NCBI RefSeq assembly: GCF_001457615.1
Contig: NZ_LN831024.1
Span: 1,080,001-1,112,000 of the forward strand
Direction of reading: 5' to 3'
From: Pseudomonas aeruginosa
GTDB lineage: Bacteria; Pseudomonadota; Gammaproteobacteria; Pseudomonadales; Pseudomonadaceae
Length of the DNA stretch: 32,000 nucleotides
The notes beneath the pieces are model-generated. The model saw only the letters and a program-made list of their open reading frames with translations. It searched no databases and was not told where the DNA came from. The translations under genes and the position numbers were made by a program. Below are positions 8,517-17,027 of this stretch, piece after piece (position 1 is the stretch's first letter; each line of letters opens with the position of its first letter).

Positions 8517-8696
8517 GGAACGTTACCTCTTGTTCTGGATAGGGTCTGAACGATTCAGTGGGCGGATTCTATCTTGTGACCGGGAGGCTCCGAAAGGTCA
8601 CGGGCAAATCACTCTTTTGACTGATGAACAAAGCCCGCCGACGGCTCTAGAGTCGGCCTCATCCTGACAACGAACCCGCTCCCAGGTGTACGCCCC

Positions 8697-10379
8697 ATGC
8701 TGAAGACCCGTCTCATCCCGGCCGCCGCCGGCGCTTATCAGTATCCGTTGCTGATCAAGAGCCTGATGCTTTCCGGCCGTCGTTACGAAAAGAGTCATGA
8801 AATCGTCTACCGCGACCAGGTGCGCTACAGCTACGCCACCTTCAACGAGCGCGTCGCGCGCCTGGCCAACGTACTCAGCGAGGCCGGGGTGAAGGCCGGC
8901 GACACGGTGGCGGTGATGGACTGGGACAGCCATCGCTACCTGGAATGCATGTTCGCCATCCCGATGATCGGGGCGGTGCTGCATACCATCAATATCCGCC
9001 TCTCCCCGGAGCAGATCCTCTACACCATGAACCACGCCGAGGATCGCTTCGTGCTGGTGAACAGCGAGTTCGTCCCGCTCTACCAGGCGGTGGCGGGGCA
9101 GCTGGCCACGGTGGAGCGGACCATCCTGCTCACCGACGGCGCGGAGAAGAGCGCCGAACTGCCCGGCCTGGTCGGCGAATACGAGTCGCTGCTGGCCGCG
9201 GCCAGCCCGCGCTACGACTTCCCCGATTTCGACGAGAACTCCATCGCCACCACCTTCTACACCACCGGCACCACCGGCAATCCGAAAGGTGTGTATTTCA
9301 GCCACCGGCAACTGGTCCTGCACACTCTGGCGATGGCTTCGACCATCGGCAGCCTGGACAGCATCCGCCTGCTCGGTACCAGCGACGTGTACATGCCGAT
9401 CACCCCGATGTTCCATGTCCACGCCTGGGGCACTCCGTACGTGGCGACCATGCTCGGGGTCAAGCAGGTCTATCCCGGGCGTTACGATCCGGAACTGCTG
9501 GTCGAACTGTGGAAGCGCGAGAAGGTCACCTTCTCCCACTGCGTGCCGACCATCCTGCAGATGGTGATGAACGCCAGGGCTGCCCAGGGCGTGGACTTCA
9601 AGGGCTGGAAGGTGATCATCGGTGGGAGCGCGCTGAACCGCTCGCTCTACGAGGCGGCCAAGGCGCGCGGCATCCAGCTGACCGCCGCCTACGGCATGTC
9701 GGAGACCTGTCCGCTGATTTCCTGCGCCTACCTCAACGACGAACTGCTGGCCGGAAGCGAGGACGAGCGCACCACCTACCGGATCAAGGCCGGCGTGCCG
9801 GTGCCGCTGGTGGATGCGGCGATCATGGACGAACAGGGCCGCTTCCTCCCGGCCGACGGCGAATCCCAGGGCGAGCTGGTGTTGCGCTCGCCATGGCTGA
9901 CCCAGGGGTATTTCCGCGAACCCGAGCGCGGCGAGGAGTTGTGGCGCGGCGGCTGGATGCACACCGGCGACGTGGCGACCCTGGACGGCATGGGCTTCAT
10001 CGAGATCCGCGACCGCATCAAGGACGTGATCAAGACCGGCGGCGAGTGGCTGTCCTCCCTGGAGCTGGAAGACCTGATCAGCCGCCATCCGGCGGTACGC
10101 GAAGTGGCGGTGGTCGGGGTGCCCGATCCGCAATGGGGCGAGCGCCCGTTCGCCCTGCTGGTGGTGCGCGAGGGCCAGCAACTGGACGCCCGTGGCCTGA
10201 AGGAGCACCTCAAGCCTTTCGTCGAGCAGGGCAACATCAACAAGTGGGCGATCCCCTCGCAGATCGCGGTTGTTACCGATATTCCCAAGACCAGCGTCGG
10301 CAAGCTGGACAAGAAGCGCATCCGTATCGAGATCGCCCAGTGGCAGGAAGCCGGCAGCGCCTTCCTGTCGACCGTCTGA
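8697..10379 (+). CDS. AMP-forming fatty-acyl-CoA ligase (medium/long-chain type, 560 aa)
   Basis: Motifs TTFYTTGTTGNPKGVYFSHRQ, AYGMSETCPLI, WMHTGDVATLDGMGFIEIRDRIKDVIKTGGEWLSSLELE, PKTSVGKLDKKRI. Confidence 0.94.
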   Translation: MLKTRLIPAAAGAYQYPLLIKSLMLSGRRYEKSHEIVYRDQVRYSYATFNERVARLANVLSEAGVKAGDTVAVMDWDSHRYLECMFAIPMIGAVLHTINIRLSPEQILYTMNHAEDRFVLVNSEFVPLYQAVAGQLATVERTILLTDGAEKSAELPGLVGEYESLLAAASPRYDFPDFDENSIATTFYTTGTTGNPKGVYFSHRQLVLHTLAMASTIGSLDSIRLLGTSDVYMPITPMFHVHAWGTPYVATMLGVKQVYPGRYDPELLVELWKREKVTFSHCVPTILQMVMNARAAQGVDFKGWKVIIGGSALNRSLYEAAKARGIQLTAAYGMSETCPLISCAYLNDELLAGSEDERTTYRIKAGVPVPLVDAAIMDEQGRFLPADGESQGELVLRSPWLTQGYFREPERGEELWRGGWMHTGDVATLDGMGFIEIRDRIKDVIKTGGEWLSSLELEDLISRHPAVREVAVVGVPDPQWGERPFALLVVREGQQLDARGLKEHLKPFVEQGNINKWAIPSQIAVVTDIPKTSVGKLDKKRIRIEIAQWQEAGSAFLSTV

Positions 10380-10590
10380 CGGGGCTTTCCTACACCGCCG
10401 AAACGCCCGGAGGCCAAGCAAACGCTTGGTCTCCGCGTTTTCGCGACCGGCCGGTCATTCTCCATCCGCCGCAAAGGCGCGAGCCAGAGTGGTTGCGCCG
10501 CGCAAATCACACTTTCGAGGGATCAAGCGGCAGGCAGCGCTAGCTATAGTCCACGCACTCATAACAAAAAACACACATGGAGTAGCGTCG

Positions 10591-12516
10591 ATGACAACCC
10601 GTAATCCGTTCTCGCGTCGGGCCCGGTTGCCGTTGGCCGTCAGCCTGGCTTCCTCGCTGGCGGCTCCGGCCTTTGGGGTGACCTTCAACATCGGGGAAAT
10701 CGAAGGTTCCTTCGACTCGGCGTTGTCGGTCGGGGCCAGCTGGTCGACCGCCAAGCCGAACAAGAACCTGATCGGTGTGAACAACGGCGGCAAGGGACTT
10801 TCCCAGACCTCCGACGACAGCCACTTGAACTTCAAGCGTGGGGAAACGTTCTCGAAGGTCTTCAAGGGCATCCATGACCTCGAACTGAAGTACGGCGATA
10901 CCGGTGTGTTCCTGCGCGGCAAGTACTGGTACGACTTCGAGCTGAAGGACGAGCACCGCGAGTTCAAGGACATCGACGACAGCGGCCGCAAGACCCTGGC
11001 CAAGTCCTCCGGCGCCGAACTGCTCGACGCCTTCATCTACCACAACTATGCCATCGGCGACCTGCCGGGCAGCGTGCGCCTGGGCAAGCAGGTGGTGAAC
11101 TGGGGCGAGAGCACCTTCATCCAGAACGGCATCAGCGCCATCAACCCGATCGACGTCACCGCCTTCCGCCGGCCCGGCTCGGAGATCAAGGAAGGCCTGA
11201 TCCCGGTGAACATGTTCTACCTGTCGCAGAACCTCACCGACAACCTGTCCGCCGAAGGCTTCTACCAGATCGAGTGGGACCAGACGGTGGTCGACAACTG
11301 CGGCACCTTCTTCTCCCAGCCGGACGTGGTGGCCGATGGCTGCGACCAGAACCTGGCGGTGCTGACCAACAACAAGGCGTCCATCAACCTGCTCAACAAC
11401 GTGCTCGCCGGGGCTGGCCTGAGCGTTACCCCGTCGCCCTGGGACGAGGGCATCCTGGTCCGCCGCGGGCCGGACCGCGACGCTCGCGACAGCGGCCAGT
11501 ACGGCTTCGCCCTGCGCTACTTCGCCGACGAACTGAACACCGAGTTCGGCGCCTACTACATGAACTACCACAGCCGCCTGCCGATCTTCAGCGGCCAGGG
11601 CGCCTCGGCCAGCACCATGGCGGCGATCAACGACCTCGCCACCCGCCTCGCCGCGATCAACCCGGCACTGGCCGCCCAGGCCGCGGCGGCGGCCACCGCC
11701 GGCAACTCCAGCTACTTCATCGAGTACCCGGAAGATATCCGCATGTTCGGCCTGAGCTTCTCCACCACGTTGCCCAACGGCACCGCGTGGAGCGGCGAAG
11801 TCAGCTACCGGCCCAACGCGCCGGTGCAGTTGAACACCACCGACATCCTCTTCGCCGGCCTCGACCCGGTGAGCATCGGCGGCAACCGCCCCTACGACAA
11901 CGCCTCGGTGCTGAACGGCCAGGCCGGGCAGGACCTGCACGGCTATCGGCGCAAGGAGATCACCCAACTGCAGACCACCCTGACGCACTTCTTCGACCAG
12001 GTGATGGGCGCCGAGCGCCTGACCCTGGTGGGCGAGATCGGCTGGACCCACGTCGGCGGCCTGGAAAGCACCTCCAAGGCACGCTACGGGCGTGACCCGG
12101 TCTTCGGACCGGGGCCGCTGCCGGGGACCATCTCCGGCCTGGCCAGCTGCCAGGCGCTGAACGTCAGCACGCTGGGCACCGCCGAAGCGAACAACGTCAG
12201 CCGCTACTGCGAGAACGATGGCTATACCACCTCGGACGCCTGGGGTTATCGCGCCCGTGCGATCTGGGACTACAACGACGTGTTCATGGGCGTGAACCTC
12301 AAGCCCAGCGTGGCCTGGTCGCACGACGTCGATGGCTATTCGCCCGGTCCCGGCGCCAACTTCGAGGAAGGCCGCAAGGCGGTCAGCCTGGGGGTGGACG
12401 CGGAGTACCAGAACACCTACACCGCGAGCCTCTCCTACACCAACTTCTTCGACGGCAAGTACACCACCGTGGACGATCGCGACTTCGTCGCGCTCAGCTT
12501 CGGCATGAACTTCTGA
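10591..12516 (+). CDS. DUF1302 family outer-membrane beta-barrel-like protein
   Basis: MTTRNPFSRRARLPLAVSLASSLAAPAFGVTFNIGEIEGSFDSALSVGASWST...; VRLGKQVVNWGESTFIQNGISAINPIDVTAFRRPGSEIKE; terminal Phe (SFGMNF). Start set to 10591; the ORF track opens upstream at 10270. Confidence 0.9.
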   Translation: MTTRNPFSRRARLPLAVSLASSLAAPAFGVTFNIGEIEGSFDSALSVGASWSTAKPNKNLIGVNNGGKGLSQTSDDSHLNFKRGETFSKVFKGIHDLELKYGDTGVFLRGKYWYDFELKDEHREFKDIDDSGRKTLAKSSGAELLDAFIYHNYAIGDLPGSVRLGKQVVNWGESTFIQNGISAINPIDVTAFRRPGSEIKEGLIPVNMFYLSQNLTDNLSAEGFYQIEWDQTVVDNCGTFFSQPDVVADGCDQNLAVLTNNKASINLLNNVLAGAGLSVTPSPWDEGILVRRGPDRDARDSGQYGFALRYFADELNTEFGAYYMNYHSRLPIFSGQGASASTMAAINDLATRLAAINPALAAQAAAAATAGNSSYFIEYPEDIRMFGLSFSTTLPNGTAWSGEVSYRPNAPVQLNTTDILFAGLDPVSIGGNRPYDNASVLNGQAGQDLHGYRRKEITQLQTTLTHFFDQVMGAERLTLVGEIGWTHVGGLESTSKARYGRDPVFGPGPLPGTISGLASCQALNVSTLGTAEANNVSRYCENDGYTTSDAWGYRARAIWDYNDVFMGVNLKPSVAWSHDVDGYSPGPGANFEEGRKAVSLGVDAEYQNTYTASLSYTNFFDGKYTTVDDRDFVALSFGMNF

Positions 12517-12576
12517 TGTACGCCGGCCCGGTGCGAACCGGGCCGGCGAGCAGGACTTAACGAGGACGACGAGCGA

Positions 12577-13944
12577 ATGAAAACAACGAAGATTCTTCTG
12601 CATACCGGTGTACTGGCCCTGAGCCTGCTGGCCACCCAGGTGATGGCGGCGGTATCCGCCGACGAAGCGGCCAAGCTCGGCACCAGCCTGACTCCGTTGG
12701 GGGCGGAGAAGGCCGGCAACGCCGACGGCAGCATCCCCGCCTGGGACGGCGGCCTGGCGACCAACGCCGGCAGCGTCGACAGCCGTGGCTTCCTCGCCAA
12801 CCCCTATGCCAGCGAGCAACCGCTGTTCACCATCACCGCGCAGAACGTCGACCAGTACAAGGACAAGCTGACTCCCGGCCAACTGGCCATGTTCAAGCGC
12901 TACCCGGATACCTACAAGATCCCGGTATACAAGACCCACCGCAGCGCCACCGTCCCGGCGGCGGTGCAGGAGGCGGCCAAGCGCAACGCCACCACCACCA
13001 AGCTGGTGGAAGGCGGCAACGGCCTGGAGAACTTCGATACCGCCAACCCGTTCCCGATCCCGCAGAACGGCCTGGAGGTGATCTGGAACCACATCACCCG
13101 CTATCGCGGCGGCAGCGTCCGGCGCCTGGTGACCCAGGCCACTCCGCAGGTCAACGGCTCCTACCAGCTGGTCTACTTCCAGGATGCCTTCACCTTCCGT
13201 ACCAACCTGAAGGACTACAACCCGAACAAGCCGAGCAACGTGCTGTTCTACTTCAAGCAGCGGGTCACCGCGCCCTCGCGCCTGGCCGGTAACGTGCTGC
13301 TGGTCCACGAGACCCTCAACCAGGTCAAGGAGCCGCGCCTGGCGTGGCTCTACAACGCCGGCCAGCGCCGCGTGCGGCGGGCTCCGCAGGTGTCCTACGA
13401 CGGTCCCGGCACCGCCGCCGACGGCCTGCGCACCTCGGACAACTTCGACATGTACAACGGTGCGCCGGACCGCTACGACTGGAAGCTGGAAGGCAAGAAG
13501 GAAATCTACATTCCCTACAACAGCTACAAGCTCGACGATCCGAAGATCAAGTACAGCGAAATCGTCAAGGCCGGCCACATCAACCAGGACCTGACCCGCT
13601 ACGAGCTGCACCGCGTCTGGCATGTGGTCGCGACCCTGAAGCCGGGCGAGCGGCACATCTACGCCAAGCGTGACTTCTACATCGACGAGGACACCTGGCA
13701 GGCCGCCGAGATCGACCATTACGACGGTCGCGGCACCCTGTGGCGCGTGGCCGAGGCGCATGCCGAGCAGTACTACGACAAGCAGGTGCCCTGGTACGCG
13801 GTGGAAACCCTCTACGACCTGCTCTCCGGCCGCTACCTGGCGCTGGGCATGAAGAACGAGGAGAAACAGGCCTACGACTTCAACTACAGCGCTTCGGAAA
13901 GCGACTACACCCCGGCGGCGCTGCGCCAGGAAGGGGTACGCTGA
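12577..13944 (+). CDS. DUF1329 family periplasmic protein (LolA/LolB-like fold inferred)
   Basis: 455 aa; signal peptide MKTTKILLHTGVLALSLLATQVMAA, LGTSLTPLGAEKAGNADGSIPAWDGG, LAWLYNAGQRRVRRAPQVSYDGP, RYDWKLEGKKEIYIPYNSY. Confidence 0.92.
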   Translation: MKTTKILLHTGVLALSLLATQVMAAVSADEAAKLGTSLTPLGAEKAGNADGSIPAWDGGLATNAGSVDSRGFLANPYASEQPLFTITAQNVDQYKDKLTPGQLAMFKRYPDTYKIPVYKTHRSATVPAAVQEAAKRNATTTKLVEGGNGLENFDTANPFPIPQNGLEVIWNHITRYRGGSVRRLVTQATPQVNGSYQLVYFQDAFTFRTNLKDYNPNKPSNVLFYFKQRVTAPSRLAGNVLLVHETLNQVKEPRLAWLYNAGQRRVRRAPQVSYDGPGTAADGLRTSDNFDMYNGAPDRYDWKLEGKKEIYIPYNSYKLDDPKIKYSEIVKAGHINQDLTRYELHRVWHVVATLKPGERHIYAKRDFYIDEDTWQAAEIDHYDGRGTLWRVAEAHAEQYYDKQVPWYAVETLYDLLSGRYLALGMKNEEKQAYDFNYSASESDYTPAALRQEGVR

Positions 13945-13963
13945 GAAACGGCGTTCCTAGCCA

Positions 13964-13998
13964 CGAAGAAACCGGCCTTGTGCCGGTTTCTTCGTTTT
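13964..13998 (+). terminator. Rho-independent terminator after the DUF1329 gene
   Basis: cgaagaaaccggc-cttgt-gccggtttcttcg-tttt, perfect 13-bp stem. Confidence 0.9.
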
Positions 13999-14368
13999 CG
14001 CGGGCGGCGTGCCGCTCCGGCCGTCAATTCATTACAAAGTGTTTTCCCGCCTCGCCCGCGGATTCCGTCGTCGCCATCCTCCCGGCGGGCACCTGTGTGG
14101 CCGGGAAACGTTTGCCGCGCCTGGACCGCGCCGGGAAACCGGTCTTTCCTTGGTTATCGAGCTGAAGCGCCGGTGCGCTATTTCGTCCGAGCCGATGGAT
14201 AGTGCTTCAAATAGCCATCACTTGTGGTTAGTCTCCGGAGCGTTCACGCCCCATACATAAACCAAGAAACCGGGTGATGACTGACTTCTCGCGCACCTTC
14301 TCGGGCACTCCATCCGCCGTCCTGCCGACGGCCAACCGCTTTTTCCGCCCCCGCTGCCGTCGGCCCAT

Positions 14369-16996
14369 GTGGCGCGCCCGCGTCTTTGCCGTCGACTGCG
14401 CGACGGACTGGACGGTCGCCTGCTGCTGATCGCCGCGCCCGCCGGATTCGGCAAGAGTTCCCTGGCCATCGAGTTCTGCGAAAGCCTCGATCCGCGCTGG
14501 CAGAGCCTCTGGCTGGGACTGAGCAGCCGCGAGAGCGATCCCGGACGTTTCCTCGAACGCCTGCTCGATGGCTTGCGACAGTACCACCCGACCCTGGGCG
14601 AAGAGGCCCTCGGCCTGCTGAAGATGCGCCAGCGCCACCAGCCGTTCGCCTTCGAGACCTGGTTCGACGACCTGCTCGACGAACTCGCCCCCTGCCTGGA
14701 CCCGCAGCGTCCCCTGCTACTGGTGCTGGACGATTACCACCTGGCCCAGGGCGCGGTGCTCGACCGTTGCCTGCAATTCCTCCTCAATCACCTGCCCGAG
14801 GGCCTGGTGCTGCTGGTCACCAGCCGGCAGCGGCCGGACTGGCACCTGGCGCGCCTGCGCCTGTCGCGGCAATTGCTCGAACTCAGCGAACAGGACCTGC
14901 GCCTGACCGCCGAGGAGAGCGGGGCGCTGATGGCCGCCAGCGGCCTCGAACTCGACGAGGACGCGCTGGACGCGCTGCTCGAGCGCAGCGAAGGCTGGGT
15001 CGCCGGGCTGCGCCTCTGGCTGCTGGCGCGCGGCGATCCAGAGGAGCAGGTCAGCCCCGGGGTACACGGCGCCGACGAACTGATCCGCGACTACCTGCTG
15101 GAGGAGGTGATCGAGCGGCAGCCGCCCGAGGTCCAGGCGTTCCTCGCCCAGACCGCGCGCTTCGAGCGCTTCTGCGCCGAGCTCTGCGATACCGTGCGCG
15201 AGGCCGGCGACAGCGCGGCGATCCTCGACCACCTGCAGCAGCACCAGGTCTTCCTCGTGCCGCTGGACGAAAACGGCCAGTGGTTCCGCTACCACCACCT
15301 GTTCTCCGACCTGCTGCTGGCGCGTCCCTTGCCCGACTTCGGTCCGTCCGCCGGCTCCCTGCACCTGCGCGCCTGCGGCTGGTTCAGCCGCCATGGCCTG
15401 CTCGACCAGGCGGTGGAGCAGGCGCTGCGCGCCGGCCAGCCGGACGTGGCGGCGAGCCTGGTGCAGAACCTGTCGGAAGAGCAACTGCTGGCGGAGCAGA
15501 ACATCGCCACCCTGCTGCGCTGGAAGATGGACCTGCCGGACAGCCTCCTGGCGAGCACGCCGCGCCTGATCCTGCTGTACGGCTGGGCGCTGGCGCTGGC
15601 CTGCCAGTTGGATGCCGCGGAAGAACTGGCCGGCCAACTGGCGCGTTTCCTGCCGGCGCCGGACGAGTCCGCGCAGCGCGACCTGCTGGCCCAGTGGCAG
15701 GCCCTGAGCGGGGTGATCGCGCGCGGCCGCGGCGATATCGACAAGGCCGAGGCGCACTGCCGCGAGGCCTTGCAGGACCTCGCCGGGGAGCGCTATGGCA
15801 CCCGCCTGCAATGCCTGTCGACGCTGAGCAACCTGGCGGTGACCCGTGGCGACTTCTGGCAGGCGCGCAACTACAACCGCGACGCCCTGGAGTTCGCCCA
15901 GCGCTACGGCAACCCGCTGTTCGAGGCACTGGTCCATTACGACCGCGCCCGCGTCCTCCAGGCGCGCGGCGAGGTGGCGCGCGCCGAGGAGGAGGTGCGC
16001 CAGGGCCTGGAACGCCTCCAGCACCTGCCGGCGCAACGCCGCTACGCGGTGCGCGGGCGGCTCCTGCTGTACCGCGGCTACCTGCGCAGCCTGGCGCTGC
16101 AGCCGGACGAAGCGCGCAAGTGGATCAAGCAGGGAATCGAGGAAACCCGCAGCTGCCGGGATGTCAGCCTGGTGATCGGCTATTGCGTCCTGGCCAGCCT
16201 GGAAGGGCGCCTGGGCAACTACGCGGCGGCGTTCGCCCGGCTTGGCGACGTCGAGCGGTTGATGCATGCCTGGGATATCCCGCCGATCTACTACCTGGCG
16301 GCGATCACCCTGATCAAGTGCGAACTCTGGCTGGCCCAGGGCCAGACCGAACTGGCCGGCGTCTGGCTACAGCGCCTGGGCGGCACCTACGGCGGGCAGG
16401 CGGCCACGCCGCCGGAATGCAGTCCGCTGCTGCCGCTGCATGTGGAGTTGCTCCAGGCCGGCCTGGAGCGCCGCGAAGGACGCCCGGAGGAAGCCGCCCG
16501 GCGCCTGGACCGGCTGGCCCGCTCGACGCGGGAGAACGGCGCGTTGCTGCCGGCTCGCCTGGCCCTCGGCCAACTGGCCGCGCTGCACCTGGAGCAGGGC
16601 CGCGAGCGCGAGGCGCTGGCGACCCTGCAACAGGCCATGGAGGGCGCAGTCGGGGGAGCCTTGCTGCCGCTCCACGAATTGCTCGTGCAGCAGCCGGAAT
16701 GGTTGCGCGAACAGTTGCAGCGCTTCCCTGCCTGTCCCGGCGCCCAGCGCATGCGCGCGCTGTTGCCGGAGCCGCCCGCCGAGCCCGCGGGCAGTGCGGG
16801 CGAGGTGCTCAGCGGGCGCGAACTGGCGGTGCTGGAGCTGATCGCCCAGGGGTTGTCCAACCAGGAGATCAGCGAGCGGCTGTTCATCTCGCTGCATACG
16901 GTGAAGAGCCACGCCCGCCATATCAACGACAAGCTCGGCGTCGAGCGTCGCACCCAGGCGGTGGCGCGGGCCAAGCACATGGGGTTGTTGCGCTAG
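14369..16996 (+). CDS. LuxR-family MalT-like (LAL-type) ATP-binding transcriptional regulator; N-terminus uncertain
   Basis: GTG at 14369; Walker A LLLIAAPAGFGKSSLAIEF; LLLVLDDYH; C-terminal HTH LSGRELAVLELIAQGLSNQEISERLFISLHTVKSHARHINDKLGVERRTQAV. Homology-like motif PPPLPSAHVARPRL begins upstream of the GTG. Confidence 0.88.
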   Translation: MARPRLCRRLRDGLDGRLLLIAAPAGFGKSSLAIEFCESLDPRWQSLWLGLSSRESDPGRFLERLLDGLRQYHPTLGEEALGLLKMRQRHQPFAFETWFDDLLDELAPCLDPQRPLLLVLDDYHLAQGAVLDRCLQFLLNHLPEGLVLLVTSRQRPDWHLARLRLSRQLLELSEQDLRLTAEESGALMAASGLELDEDALDALLERSEGWVAGLRLWLLARGDPEEQVSPGVHGADELIRDYLLEEVIERQPPEVQAFLAQTARFERFCAELCDTVREAGDSAAILDHLQQHQVFLVPLDENGQWFRYHHLFSDLLLARPLPDFGPSAGSLHLRACGWFSRHGLLDQAVEQALRAGQPDVAASLVQNLSEEQLLAEQNIATLLRWKMDLPDSLLASTPRLILLYGWALALACQLDAAEELAGQLARFLPAPDESAQRDLLAQWQALSGVIARGRGDIDKAEAHCREALQDLAGERYGTRLQCLSTLSNLAVTRGDFWQARNYNRDALEFAQRYGNPLFEALVHYDRARVLQARGEVARAEEEVRQGLERLQHLPAQRRYAVRGRLLLYRGYLRSLALQPDEARKWIKQGIEETRSCRDVSLVIGYCVLASLEGRLGNYAAAFARLGDVERLMHAWDIPPIYYLAAITLIKCELWLAQGQTELAGVWLQRLGGTYGGQAATPPECSPLLPLHVELLQAGLERREGRPEEAARRLDRLARSTRENGALLPARLALGQLAALHLEQGREREALATLQQAMEGAVGGALLPLHELLVQQPEWLREQLQRFPACPGAQRMRALLPEPPAEPAGSAGEVLSGRELAVLELIAQGLSNQEISERLFISLHTVKSHARHINDKLGVERRTQAVARAKHMGLLR

Positions 16997-17027
16997 GCGC
17001 GCCACCCCATATGCCTGGCGTGCTGGC

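Noticed and set aside
10540-13761. 1073-aa minus-strand ORF antisense to DUF1302/DUF1329 genes
   Set aside because: Crosses two well-supported genes; typical antisense codon-bias artefact with no domain-like sequence.
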